Notes under the pieces: generated by a model
What the model saw: the letters and a program-made list of their open reading frames with translations, nothing else
Databases searched by the model: none
Told to the model about the DNA's origin: nothing
Source of the DNA: Schmidtea polychroa
Lineage: Eukaryota
Direction: 5' to 3'
Assembly (NCBI GenBank): GCA_044892525.1
Contig: CM097885.1
Span: forward strand, 682,001-746,000
Length of the DNA: 64,000 nt
Program-made: the position numbers and the translations under genes
Shown: positions 49,400-63,384 of the stretch, one piece after another
Layout of the letters: every line of letters begins with the position of its first letter
Numbering within the stretch: position 1 is the stretch's first letter

Positions 49400-51212
49400 T
49401 TGGTTGTATGTACTTGGTATCTAGTTGTTAGTAACTAGTTGTAGGTAATTAATGCTTAGTAGTTGGTAACTGGTTGTTAGTACTTGGTATCTGGTACCTA
49501 GTTGGTTGCTATCAGGTAACTAGTTGTTAGTAACTAGTTGTAGGTATCTGGTATAAGGTAACTGGTTGTAAGTACTTGGTATCAGGTAACTGGTTGGTTG
49601 GTTGTTTTTGGTTGTTAGTAACTAATTGTAGGTATCTGGTTGTTGGCGGTTGTTAGTACTTGGTATCTGGTACCTAGTTGGTTGCTATCAGGTAACTAGT
49701 TGTTAGTAACTAGTTGTAGGTATCTGGTATAAGGTAACTGGTTGTTAGTACTTGGTATCAGGTAACTGGTTGGTTGGTTGTTTTTGGTTGTTAGTAACTA
49801 ATTGTAGGTATCTGGTTGTTGGCGGTTGTTAGTACTTGGTATCTGGTACCTAGTTGGTTGCTATCAGGTAACTAGTTGTTAGTAACTAGTTGAAGGTAAT
49901 TGGTTGTTAGGTGGTTGTAGCTAGTTAATGGGTAGGTGGTTGTAGGTACTTAGTAGTTGGTTAATAATGCTTAGTAACTGGTTGTTGACGGTTGAGTGCT
50001 TGGTAGCAGGTAACTGATTGTTAGTAACTAGTTGTTTGAGAGTTAGTTAGTACGTGGTATCTAGTTGTAAGTGTTTGGTATCTAGTTGACAGTGCTTAGT
50101 ACTTGGTATCTTGTTGTAAGTACTTGATAGCAGGTAACTGGTTGTTAGTAATTAATGCTTAGTAGTTGGTAACTGGTTGTTAGTACTTGGTAGGTGGTTG
50201 TTAGTTGGTTGTAGGTACTTAGTAGGTACTCTAGTTGGTTGATAATGCTTAGTACCTGGTTGTTGTTGGTTGTTAGTACTTGGTATCTAGTACCTAGTTG
50301 GTTGGTTGTTTTTGGTTGATAGTACTTGGTATCTAGTTGTAAGTATTTGGTATCAGATAACTGGTTGTTAGTATCTAGTTGTAGGTTGTAGGTACTTAGT
50401 AGTTAGTTGATGATGCTTAGTACCTGGTTGATGTTGGTTGTAAGTACTTGGTATCTAGTACCTAGTTGGTTGGTTGTTAGTAACTAGTTGTAGGTTGTAG
50501 GTACTTAGTAGTTAGTTGATGATGCTTAGTACCTGGTTGATGTTGGTTGTAAGTACTTGGTATCTAGTTGTTAGTAACTAGTTGTAGGTAATTAATGCTT
50601 AGTAGTTGGTAACTGGTTGTGAGTATTTAGTTGTTTGAGACCTAGTTGTTAGTACTTGGTAGCTAGTTAATGGATAGGTGGTTGTAGGTACTTGGTATCT
50701 AGTTGTTAGTATCTAGTTGTAGGTATCTGGTAGCTAGTTGGTTGTTGGTACTTAGTAGTTGGTAGCTAGTTAATGGGTAGGTGGTTGTAGGTACTTGGTA
50801 ACTGGTTGTTAGTATCTAGTTGTAGGTACTTGGTAGGTGGTAGCTAGTTGGTTGCTTGTTTTTGGTTGTTAGTACTTGGTTGTTGTCGGTTGCTGTTAGC
50901 TGGTTGTAGTTAATTAATGCTTAGTAGTTGGTAACTGGTTGTTAGTACTTGGTATCTGGTACCTAGTTGGTTGTAGGTACTTAGTAGTTGGTAATTAATG
51001 CTTAGTACCTGGTTGATGTTGGTTAATAATGCTTAGTACTTGGTTGTTGTCGGTTGTGAGTACTTGGTATCTAGTACCTGGTTGGTTGCTTGTTTTTGGT
51101 TGTTAGTACTTGTTAAGTGGTTGTATTTACTTAGTATCATGTAACTAGTTGTTAGTAACTAGTTGTAGGTATCTGGTTGTAGGTATCTGGTTGGTAATAC
51201 ATGTTCGTAAGA
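49400..51212. repeat. G/T-rich mosaic satellite, right arm of element 2
   Basis: Reverse complement of 38480-40150 with internal duplications. Confidence 0.92.
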
Positions 51213-51423
51213 ACCTAAATTTACTTTAATTTAATTTTTAGAACCATTATTTACTGTAATTTAATTTTTAGACCCATAATTTACTGTATTGGAAAAATTT
51301 GGACCATTATTTACTGTAAATTAATTTTTTAGAACCATTATTTACTTTAATTTGAAAAATTTAGGACCATAATTTACTTTAATTTTAATTTTTAGAACCA
51401 TAATTTACTGTAATTGAAAAATT

Positions 51424-52275
51424 TACCACGTTTTTTAGTGTAGACCACCTATTTCTCAGGACCAAAGAGACTCACCTCACTATAGTCTGAAAAATCCTTG
51501 GCTTTTTTAGTGTAGACCAGCTTTTTGTATTGAAAATATCCTGAGACCTTAAATTACCATGCTTTTCTAGTGTAGACCAGCTTTTTGTATTGAAAATATC
51601 CCGAGACCTTAAATTACCACGTTTTTTAGTGTAGACCACCTATTTCTCAGGACCAAGGAGACTCACCTCACTATAGTCTGAAAAATCCTTGGCTTTTTTA
51701 GTGTAGACCACCTATTTGTATTGAAAATATCCTGAGACCTTAAATTACCATGCTTTTTTAGTGGTAGTCGGATTTTTGTATTGAAAATATCCTGAGACCT
51801 TAAATTACCACGTTTTTCTAGTGTAGACCACCTATTTCTCAGGACCAAGGAGACTCACCTCACTATAGTCTGAAAAATCCTTGGCTTTTTTATTGATAGT
51901 AGGATTTTTGTATAGAAAAAAATTTTTTGTATTGAAAATCCCAGGACCATCGAGACCCCTTCACTATAGCGTGAATAATCCATGCATTTTTATTGGTAGT
52001 CGGATTTTTGTATAGAAAATTTTTTTTGTATTGAAAATCCCAGGACCATCGTTTTTGTATAGAAAAATTTTTTTTGTATTGAAAATCCCAGGACCATCGA
52101 GACCTCCTCACTATAGTCTGAAAATTCCATGCTTTTTTAGTGAGACCGCCTTTTTGTATTGAAAAAATTTTATTTGTATTGAAAATCCCAGGACCATCGT
52201 TTTTGTATTGAAAAAATTTTTTTGTATTGAAAATCCCAGGACCATCGAGACCCCCTCACTATAGTCTGAAAAATT
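51424..52275. repeat. Subterminal minisatellite of element 2, right
   Basis: Repeated TTTTTGTATTGAAAATATCCTGAGACC / CCCAGGACCATCG units. Confidence 0.9.
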
Positions 52276-52454
52276 GCGTAATCAAAAGTTGCAGCAAAAA
52301 AATTACGGCACCAGAACCCCCCCCCCCGGGGGGGTCATTGCTGCGGTGGGCTACTATCTACCTACTTTTAATAATTAATGTTTTTTCATATGATAATAGC
52401 AAACAATTAACTGATAATTATGTATTAAAACATCCACATTTAGATATTATACAT

Positions 52455-54737
52455 CAGGGGTGCCCACTAATTTTTCTAGGAGTGCTACATTCACATCCAA
52501 AATGTGTATGCGATCTACTTTTTTAATACTTACATAATATTTACCTACAATGCAATAAATTCATCACAATAGAACAAATATATGTCAAAATATGGAAAAT
52601 TAAACTATGTAACTATTTATTATAAAAAAATGTAACTTAGGAAATCAAATTTAATGAAAATTATTGTTATATAGAACTTTTCGATGTTGATGCTCTACAT
52701 TGGGTTGAATCCACTAGATTTTTGTAGTTTTTGATATAAGTGCTAAGACAACTTCTTAGGCTGGATTCCAAATGGTCATCTGTTAATGTTAATAATGAGT
52801 TAATAATTTTCATATGTGAAAATGCAGACTCACATAAATAAGTTGATCCAAAAAATGATACTAAATTTTCGAAGCATTTTTTCAAGTTTGAATATTTATC
52901 CTCTGATAGATATTTCCATACATTTGGTTCGGAAGATCTTGATTTAATGAAGATATCATTTTGAAGTGTGATTATTTCCATTTCAAGTATAGGGATATCC
53001 ATTTTAAACAAAGTTGAGATTGAATCTGCAACAATTTCTGGCTTTATTATTGGATTAAACGGAAAGGACATAAATGCAGCCACAATTTCAAGTTTCTTGA
53101 AGTCTTGAAAACGTCTCTCGAACTCTAAAACCAAAATTTTGATCTGTTCCGCATATCTCGTAATATTAAAGTTGACATTTTCAGATTCTTTTAATTGTGA
53201 CAACATATTTGGAAAATAACTTAAATTTTTGTCTTTTATTTTGATAATATGTAAATGAAGCTTTTGTATAAATGCAATGATTGAACTTATCATATCGAAT
53301 ATCAATTTATCCTTACGATGTAAGTCGAGATTTAATTCATTCAGAATTGCAGTAATATCTACTAAAAATGCCAAATCCAAGAGCGAAACATCATCTTCCA
53401 ATTGCTTGAACTCATCACCTCTTGCGGCAAGGAACAACTTAATCTCAGAAAGAAAATCTCTAAATCTTTGTAAGAATTTTCCTCTACTTAGCCACCTTAC
53501 ATCTGAATGCATCAGTAATTCAGCAGGATCTTCGCTATTACTTTCTTCAATTTGTAATTTGAAAAGTCGTCTCTGAAGACTTCTTGCACGAATCGAGTTA
53601 GCAATTTTGAATGTTATTTCCATAATATCTCTCATATTCAGAATTTTAGCACACAAGGCTTGTTGATGAATAATACAGTGGTAGGAAAGAAAATCTGGGA
53701 ATTCACAATCATTCCTACAATATGCTATAAATCCGTTGTGACGCCCTGTCATAGCTGGTGCGCCATCTGTTGTTATTGATAAAAGCTTACAAATTTGGAG
53801 CTGAATGCTGTTGGCATAAGCTTTAAAATTCTGAAATATATCCTCACCACGAGTTTTACTTTTGAGTGGTATAATTGTTAATAATTCTTCCTTCGTAGAA
53901 AAATCTTTAAAGACCATTCGAATAAAAATTATAAGCTGCGAAATATCAGCCGCATTAGTTGATTCGTCTGCTTGCAATGAAAATGCAGTACAATTTCCTA
54001 TGTCTAACATTAACTGATATTTTAAATTGGTACTTATTTCTTGGACTCTCCGTGTAACTGTATTACGGGACAATTGCATATCAGTAATAGCAGAAATTAT
54101 ATCTGATTTATTTTTAAAATCACAAAATAATGATTATGCCGCTTCTAAAAATGCTTCTTTTACAATTACTCCATCACTAAAAGATTTCTTATTTTTTGCC
54201 AGAATGTAGCTTACTCGGAAAGATGCAGCTGTAGCTGACTTTGATTTGGATGCTAGCTTCGTAAAAAATGACTGTTGAAAAAAAATGCATGTTTTCAGTT
54301 CCATGATTTTAGACTTGCGTAGTTCACTGTCAAGTGGATAATCATCTGCAAAATTCTTATGAATTGTCTTGAAATGCCTTTCCAAATTCCCTCTTTTTGG
54401 TAATGAAATAGTAGCTTTACAAATTAAGCAACAACATTTACCTTTAATCATTACAAAAAAGTACTCCTTCTCCATTTCTTCGCTATAATGATAAGTCTTG
54501 GCTTTTCTATTTAGCATTTTTTATTTAGCATTTTTTTATTTAGCATTTTTAAACAAAATTAATTTAACAAAAAAGCTTAAGAAAATTTTTCACTTTGTTA
54601 ACCAAAAATTTAAGCATAAAACAGAAATTTTATATAAAATCTAAATTTATATAAAAAAAATTTTTTTTATGAAGATCTACTAAAAAATCCTTCGCGATCT
54701 ACCGGATAGATAGCGATCGAACTTATGGGCACACCTG
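52455..54737 (-). mobile_element. hAT DNA transposon, Buster/Charlie/SPIN group, 2283 bp
   Basis: TIRs CAGGGGTGCCCA / TGGGCACACCTG; 8-bp TSD TTATACAT at 52447-52454 and 54738-54745. Confidence 0.95.
52667..54517 (-). pseudogene. GTF2IRD2/Buster-like hAT transposase with one in-frame stop
   Basis: CLIC..NLERHF zinc finger, FSLQADES, TTDGAPAM, HCIIH, VRWLSRG, STYLCESAFS; the two ORFs are in the same frame separated by TAA at 54136-54134. Confidence 0.92.
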
Positions 54738-57472
54738 TTATACATCGTTCCTAAGTTTTAAATGGAACTGTAATTAATTTACTACTATTAAATAAAGGAA
54801 ACAATTTCCATTACGTTGCTATAAGTAATTTAAATAGGTTTCTGAATTGTGGTATCAACACTAGTTGTCCTACACGCATACGTTCATTATGGTGCCATCG
54901 GTGTTTGAATGGGTTTAGGTATAAACACGCACTGGAAAAACATGAAATATTATGTAAACGTAATCAATTAGGAACAACTCTTTACACTTTCCCTCAAAAT
55001 AAATTATTGCAGTTTACTGACTGGTCGAAAACAGTAACTCCTCCTTTTGTAGTTGATGCCGATTTTGAGGCTATTTTACCTTCCAATAATGTTCATTTCC
55101 AACGACACATGACAATATCTGCTGGTCTTTTACTTGTAAATAACTTTGACGGATCTAAATCTTATCAACAGTTCATAGGTTTAGATTGCGTCGAGAGTTT
55201 TTTAAGTGCTATAGAGGATATAGCATTAAATAAGGTTCTTCCTTTTTATTATAAAATGGGTAGCAAACCTATGATGAAATTAACAAAAATTGAACAACGT
55301 CAATTTGTTAGTGCATCTGTTTTTTATCTTTGTATGAAATCTATCGTTGATCCTGTTAGAGATCACGATCATTTTACGGGGAAATACTTGGGTGCAGCTT
55401 GTAGCACATGTAACAAAAATAAGAAAATAAATAAAATTTTGCCTATCGTATTTCATAACTTGAAGGGATACGATATGCATCATATACTTAAATACGGATT
55501 AAATAAATTTAAAAATTGGACTTTAGGTTGCATCCCAATAACGACTGAAAAATTTATTTCTTTGATTGCGCATTTAGGCAAAAGAATTGATTCTTATCAA
55601 TTCATTGATTCTTTTCAATTTGTTAATGATTCTTTAGCAAAAGCAGTCAAAACTTTGAATTCTTTGCCTTTTACTCATTCTGTTTTTTCTGGCACTATAG
55701 TTTCTGAAAAAGGAATCTTCCCTTATAATTTCGCTACATCTTTAGATATTCTCCAAACTACTTATGAATTACCACCAATCTGGGAGGGTGTTACTGAGCT
55801 TTAGTATGAAAAAGCTCAGGAGATTTGGGTAGAAACTATTTGCCTAATTTTATTAGATTATATGATGATCTACTTAAAACTTGATTGTTTTCTTTTGGCT
55901 GATTTCTTTTATCAGTTTCGGTTGAAATCTATTGCTCACAATAGATTGGAACCATGGAATTATTTTGGAATTCCAGGTATGTCTTGGTCTTCTTCATTAA
56001 TGTCTTTAAATGAACCAATTGAGCTCATAACTGAAAACGAAATGTTTAGCTTTTATGAGGGTGGAATATGAGGCGGTATTACTTTTGTGAATTAGCATTA
56101 CGTAAAAACCGATGAGAACACCGAGTTACTTTATATAGATATTAATAATCTTTATGGTTGGGCTTTAAGTCAATCATTACCTTGGACCTTAATTTGGACC
56201 TTAATTTACTTTAATTGAAAATTTTAGACCTTAATTTACTTAATTGAAATTTTAGACCTTAATTTACTTAAGTTTAAAAATATATACCATAATTTACTTT
56301 ACTTTTAAATTTTAGACCATAATTTACTTAATTGAAAATTTTAGACCTAATTTAATTTAATTGAAAATTTTAGACCTTAATTTACTTAATTGAAAGTTTT
56401 AGACCTTAATTTACTTAATTGAAATTTTAGACCTTAATTTACTTAAGTTTAAAAATATATACCATAATTTACTGTAATTGAAAAATTTGGACCATAATTT
56501 ACTGTAATTTAATTTTTTAGAACCATAATTTACTGTAATTGAAAAATTCGAGCGACTAATTTATTGGTTAACTTTGCAGTCATTTAAAGCAAAAATTAAT
56601 TTATTCATCTAATGTTCGTTACAATAGTTAATAATATGAGAAAAATATGGTCATTATTCATTGATAATTTTAAATTCTTTATCATTTGGAGTAAATTTGT
56701 TTGAGGCAAAAATAATTAAAGGAGTCATAATAGAAATATGGTTATCATTTAACCAATTAAGGGGCTTATTAGTTAGAAATATATTTATTATAAAGTAACA
56801 ATTATTTTCTAATTTAATTAGATGATCATTAGACGTAATATATCTTTGCGAGAAATTTAAAATGTTTGAGTAACCAAAACATGGATATTTTGTGCGATAA
56901 ATTTATGAATATTGGTTAATTTTGTTATTTTTAGTCATTTAAAATAATATTTAGCAAAGGTAATTTAGCAAAATATCGTTGTAAGATTTATCCACCCGAT
57001 AACAATATTCCTTCAATAGATTAACTGATATTCAACCTATTTAATTTCTGGAAATCATAAATTTCCTTCAATAAAGTTAAATCAAAAACGCAAGAGACGC
57101 TCAAGCAAATCAAGAATTAAAAAATAAACACATTGCAGAAACAGAATTTATATAAAGTCAAACCCTGACTCCTCAAACAGATTCAAGTCTAAATAAAATT
57201 CAATCAAAAGCAATAACACTGGTAAGTAGGACTCCAACCCACTTTCAAGGTCATGAAATATGTCCAGATCAAATATAGGTCAATTGAATCATTTATTTTT
57301 AAATTAACATTTTTTTTATTTACTTCTTTTTAATTTTTTCTTTTTAATTATATTAATTAATTATTTTATTTTGTTTTATTTTAATTACATACTTTAGTTA
57401 ATTTTTAATTTATTACATTAATTAATTTCTTAGTTTATTAATATTTTATTTTAATTACTTACGCTATTTAAA

Positions 57473-57530
<58 letters not shown>

Positions 57531-58487
57531 TATTTTATTTATTTCTTTATTTTTTCTTAAATTTTACATTTACATTATATTCTAAAAAGAGAGTTAATTA
57601 TAACAATAATATTTCAATTTGTATAAAATTTTAATTAGTAATTATTCAATTTGAATAAAATATTTATTAGAAATTATTTAATTTATTATAAAATAAAACG
57701 CTGTGTTAATTTTAAATAAACTGGATATTAATTTTTTGGAAAAAATAAATAAATAAAATAGTCTAAAAGGTTAAATCATGGTCTAAAATTTAAAATTTAA
57801 AAATTGAAAATTAAAAACTAAACTAATCAAACTAAATCAAACGCTATAACCTTAATTCAAGAATTCACTAAAGTAGATCAGAAGATATTAATTATCAAAA
57901 TGTAACAAAGACTCTGAAATTCATCAATTTCATCTAATGACCTGGTGATACTCAATACCATTCTCAAGAATGCTAAAGTCGGGAATTCTTTGAATTTAAC
58001 AAATAAATAAAAAATTAAATAAAAAATTATTGTTGATTATAGTTTATCATTAATTATTTTTTTGTTAGGGGTTGTAAAGAAAATACTTTGACAACACAAG
58101 ATTTTTAAATTTATTAACAAAAAGTTGGAATAATAGTCAGTAATTGAGAACTGAAATTTTTTAATGAAAATCTTTAATAGAAATGTTTTAAGATAATTTT
58201 TAATGAAAATTTTAATGGAATAATTTTCAAAGATAATTTTCAACGAAAATTTTAATTGATTAATTTTTTAAGTAAATGTTTTTAATGAAATTTTTTTTAT
58301 AGATTAATAATAATAATATTATTATTTCAACCAAATACTATACAACACATAAAAATAACTAGACACATAACAAAACATATATATATTAACTAAACACATA
58401 AAAATTAACTAGACACATAAAAAACATAAAAATTACCAAACAAATAAAAAGAACAAATGTAAAGATATAAACTTTTATTTAATAAAA

Positions 58488-61400
58488 TCAGTCTTCATCA
58501 ATATCAATATCATCTTTTCCAACATCTTCTCCAAAATTTAATTGACTTAATATTACATACCCATATGATAAACTAGTATTTTTCCCCACCCAAACCCTTT
58601 TGTCATCTTTGTTAGTTAGATATTTAATAAAATTAGTCCTCATCAGACAAAATAACGTCATCGATATCGATATCATATTCTCCAAAATCTTCTCCAACAT
58701 CTTCAATAAATTATTCCTCATCTTCTCCAACATTTTCATCAAATTCATCTCCAACAATTTCTCCAACATTTTCTCCAACAATTTCTCCAACATTTTCTCC
58801 AATATTTAATTCACTTAATCTTACATGCCTATATGCAAGACTAGTATTTTTCCCCACCCAAACCCTTTTGTCATCTTTGTTAGTTAGTGCTATTTTATTA
58901 TTTTTAATTGTAAAAATTTGATGATTTTTGTTTGTTAATTTTGTTTGAGGAATCGAAAAAATTTGATTAGTTTTATAACAATCCAGGTATGACTGATGTT
59001 TTATGTCACTACCTTTCAATGTTACACCTTTAGCCTTTTTTGTTTCCTCATCACCCAACAAGCTATAACACTTGGGTCTAAGAAAAACCCATTCCTTATA
59101 TTTAAGACCTTTATTCTCGTCTTTGAACTTTCCAATGACAGAATCAAGGTTCTTACTATATAAGGAATGACAACTATTGTAATCTAAGTATGTAATAAAT
59201 TATCTCGAATCATTGCAGGTAAAAGAACCTCAAGTTTACAGTTAATAACTTCGAGGAAAAAAGAGTCTGTATCACCTGCAACGATATTAATTTTATTAAC
59301 AAATTGATAAAAATCAATGAATCTTAAGCTTATTTTGCCTAAATGCGCAATCAAAGAAATAAATTTTTCAGTCGTGATTGGGATGCAACCTAAAGTCCAA
59401 TTTTTAAATTTGTTTAAACCATATTTAAGAATATGGTGCATATCGTATCTCTTCAAGTTGTGAAATACGATAGGCAAAATTTTATTTATTTTCCTATTTA
59501 TGTTGCATGTGCTACAAGCTGCACCCAAGTATTTCCCTGTAAAATGATCGTGATCTCTAACAGGATCGACGATACATTTCAAACAAAGGTAACAAACAGA
59601 TGCACTAACAAATTGACGTTGTTCAATTTTTGTTAATTTCATCACAGGTTTTATAATAAAAAGGAAGAACCTTATATAATGCTATATCCTCTATAGCACT
59701 TAAAAAACTCTCGACGCAATCTAAACCTATGAACTGTTGATAAGATTTAGATCCATCAAAGTTATTTACAAGTAAAAGACCAGAAGATATTGGCATGTGT
59801 CGTTTGAAATGAACATTATTGGAAGGTAAAATAGCCTCAAAATCGGCATAAACTACAAAAGGAGGAGTTACCAGTCAGTAAACTGCAATAATTTATTTTG
59901 AGGGAAAGTGTAAAGAGTTGTTCCTAATTGATTACGTTTACATAATATTTCATGTTTTTCCAGTGCGTGTTTATACCTAAACCCATTCAAACACCGATGG
60001 CACCATAATGATTGTATGCGTGTAGGACAACTAGTGGTGATACCACAATTCAGAAACCTATTTAAATTACTTATAGCAACGGAATGGAAATTGTTTCCTT
60101 TATTTAATAGTAGTAAATTAATTACAGTTCCATTTAAAACTTTGGAACGATGTATAATATCTAAATGTGGATGTTTTAATACATAATTATCAGTTAATTG
60201 TTTGCTATTATCATATGAAAAAACATTAATTATTAAACCCGAATTTTTAGATTCAAATTTCCTAATGTCTTTTAATTTCATAGGTAATTCTAACGGGTCG
60301 TATACTAAGTCAGATAAATTATAACTCGATGTCCTATTTCTAGCATAACTACTAACTTCATCATATTTTAAAATAGCTAAAATGCTATATAAAAAACATG
60401 AATCATCAGTGTTTTTTATATTAATTAAACGATATTTATTTTTTAGATAAGTAGGTGTTTCAATGAAACTCCTACCACTTAATCTACTTAACATACTTAT
60501 TTTTGTTATGGTGAAATGTATTTCAGTAATATTTTTTATATTCCAACTGCTTCCTAACTCAGTAATATTAGTAATTTTCTCATTTAATTCTTTAATGCCT
60601 TCATCAAAAATTGATGCAGTTAAAGGCTTTGCATAATTTGAGATATTTCTAACCTTTATTTACCCGTCTTTTTCAAATTCGATTGTTATTCCGAATTGAA
60701 TTTTGACGGAGCCTAATTCGTTAATAATATCTCGTAATTTTATTATTAGTTGTTCAGGAAATATTATTTCTTTTATATTTAAGTCGCTTGTATTTAAGCC
60801 TAATATTTGATGGGTACCTCTTAAATTTCTTTGTACTGTCGGTACATTTCCACCTATTTGTATTATATTTAATCCATCCCAAGAATCAAAGGAAGTGAAT
60901 AATCCATCATTGGATTCAACAACCAATCCGACCTGGGATTCAACAAAAGGCAATCCGACCTGGGATTCAACAAAAGACAATCCGTCCTGGGATTCAACAA
61001 CCAATCCATCATTGGATTCAACAAAAGACAATCCGACCTGGAATTCAACAAAAGACAATCCAGCCTGGGATTCAAAATCTAATCCGACCTGGGATTCAAA
61101 AGAAGAAGTATCTAATTTAATTTTTTAATTGTATTATTTTTTTCTATAGTTGAGGGTCTTTTAAAAACACTATCTTTTTTAAAATTAAACCTATCTAAAT
61201 GATTTTTATGTTTATTATAAAAAACGCTATATGTTACAGGGTCACTAGTCTTACATACGGGACATATAAAATAAGTTTTATTATAATATTTTTTCGTGTA
61301 ATAATTCTCCATTATAGAATGGCAATTATTATCATGTTCTTTCGATGAACAATAATTTGGATAAAGTATACCTATAAAATAAAAATTTAATAAAAATATA

Positions 61401-61844
61401 TAATTTAAATGAAAGATTTTATTAAATGTTTACGCAAAAATTTGCAAATTATTATTATTTTACAAATTTTATTTACTAAAAAATAAAAGTTTACTAAATT
61501 AAAAATATTAACATTTACTTAAATAAAAAATTATATTAAATTTCCTTTAAATTATAAAAAGTAATCAATACTTACATTGTAAATTTTCATTTCGATTTAT
61601 TGACACATTGACATATTTTTTCTCTTTATTCGTATTACCTAAATTATTAATTAATTAAATAAATAAATTAAAAATTATGTTTACTTTTTCTTTTCAAATT
61701 TCCTTTAATCTTTAATCGATTTTAAATTGTCTTCATTAATATTATCTAAATTAATTAATAAAATAATTAATAAATAAATTAAATTTTACCAAATTCCTGA
61801 ATTTTTTCTCGAACATTCATAACGTTTTCTATTAAAGAATTCAT
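58488..61844 (-). pseudogene. Intron-containing pPolB gene (family 2, copy B), internally deleted
   Basis: Inverted near-copy of copy A without the two insertions; exonuclease region joined directly to GDTDS near 59295; C-terminal DDKRVW segment duplicated with acidic repeats. Confidence 0.9.
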
Positions 61845-62575
61845 TTTTAAAGGTTAATTATTTGTTAAATGTGACTAATGATTGATTATTGTTTATAGGA
61901 ACAAATTCTAACCAATCAAAATCAAGGAAGGGTAGGAAAAAATTAATATATTACATTGCGGTATTTTAAAATTAAAATTTATTTTAAAAACACATTTTGA
62001 CGCTTAAATCGAGTTATATAACAAAGACATAATAAAATTATTATTTACTACAAATATTTCACCTATCAAATACTTAACTAGAGATGATATATATTGATTG
62101 TTCATAAAAGCAAACTTAATCATAAATTTCTGTATATTATTTTGTAAATTATTTCTGTAAATTAAATTTTGTATATTATTTCTGTAAATTATCAAGTAAA
62201 TTTAAAGTTCTTGATAAGGTTAACTGGTTTCTTAGCTTATGTTTTTTTAAAAAAGTTCATCAATGTGTAAATATTCTTAGAAATATATTGAAAAAAATTA
62301 TTTAGTCAAATGCATTACAAAGTCATCTAAAATTAAACCAATTACTTAATTATTAACCTAGCAGTCATTAAAAAATTAATTTTTATTTAAAATTTAACAA
62401 ATTATCAAGAAATTCAATTAAAATCGTCATTAAAACTTTAAATTTTTAAATAAATCTACATGAAATTCTTAGAAAATATATGAAAAAAAATATTATTACA
62501 AAGTCATATCCAATCACGTGATTATTAACCTAACTGTCATTAAAAATAATTTTTATTTAAAATTAAAAAACCAAT

Positions 62576-63384
62576 CAGTGGCGTATCTAGGGTTCACGGC
62601 GCCCGGGGCAAAACTTAAAATTGCGCCCCTCTCCACGTGAATTTTTTCTTTTCCTTATTATTGGTATATTATTTTTGCACTAAAGTGATATTTCTTTTTT
62701 AAGAAAAAAAAATTATTATTTAAAAAAATCAAAAATTTTCACTCTTTAAAATTGATTTGCAGCAGTTTTAAAAAAAAATTAATTTAATTTTGCAACAAGT
62801 TAGTTTTAAACTTTATTTATTGTAATAATTTACAAACAAATTTTTCGTGCTTTAACACTTGCGAACTTGTCAATGACATCATCAAAGTTAATTTTGTTCA
62901 CAGTGTTTTTCTCAATACTTAATAATGCCAAATTATTTAAACGTTCTTCACTCATTGTTGTTTGAAGATATGACAAAATTAATTTTAATTTGCTAAAGGA
63001 ACGCTCGCATGTTGAAACAGAAATACCAATTGTCAAAAGAATTTGCAATGAAATTCTTAAATTTTGGAAAACATCTTCACCATAAGATATTAAAAATTTT
63101 AAAAGATCTATAGGTGATTTTGGAATTTCATCTTTTCGAGCATTAAGAAGCATTTTACAGTCAGTAACTTCATTGCATAGTTCGTTTTCATCAATATCTG
63201 AATTGTAAAATTTTCCCAAATTTGAACATTTTTCTTTTAATTTAGCAGGATCATGGCAATTTAGAAAATTTTCAGTGTCAATGAAATATCCAAAATTTTC
63301 GCTCAATGAATTAAGGCGAGTAAATCGAGTTTTTAATTCTTGAATTAATCTATCAACTGAGCATTTCAACACACGATCTAACTC
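62576..63384 (-). mobile_element. 3-prime end of a hAT transposon (ZMYM1/Tip100-like), truncated
   Basis: Terminus CAGTGGCGTATCTAGGG..GGCGCCCGGGGCAAA; ORF 62830-63372 with hAT dimerisation motif VSTCERSFSKLKLI..MSEERLNNLALLSIE. Confidence 0.88.

Larger units (their letters stand above)
37565..52366. mobile_element. 14.8-kb palindromic (foldback) non-coding element with AGTAG ends (element 2)
   Basis: Perfect 31-bp terminal inverted match AGTAGGTAGATAGTAGCCCACCGCAGCAATG; arms to 44187 and from 45590; TTTAAA/TTTAAT flanks versus a single GGGTTTAATAATT at the empty site in copy B (~60228-60240). Confidence 0.88.
35984..56182 (+). pseudogene. Intron-containing pPolB gene (family 2, copy A) split by element 2 and a hAT
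   Basis: Pieces 35984-37564, 52373-52454, 54746-56182; INIRNTDDSCFLYSILA, DADFE, RDHDH, FHNLKGYD, KGIFPY, YIDINNLYG; several stops; truncated after motif A. Confidence 0.9.

Noticed and set aside
52667..54079. Host GTF2IRD2/ZBED gene
   Set aside because: Bounded by TIRs and an 8-bp TSD, so it is a transposon rather than a domesticated gene.
62830..63372. Host ZMYM1 gene
   Set aside because: Only the hAT dimerisation end next to a hAT terminus; truncated.
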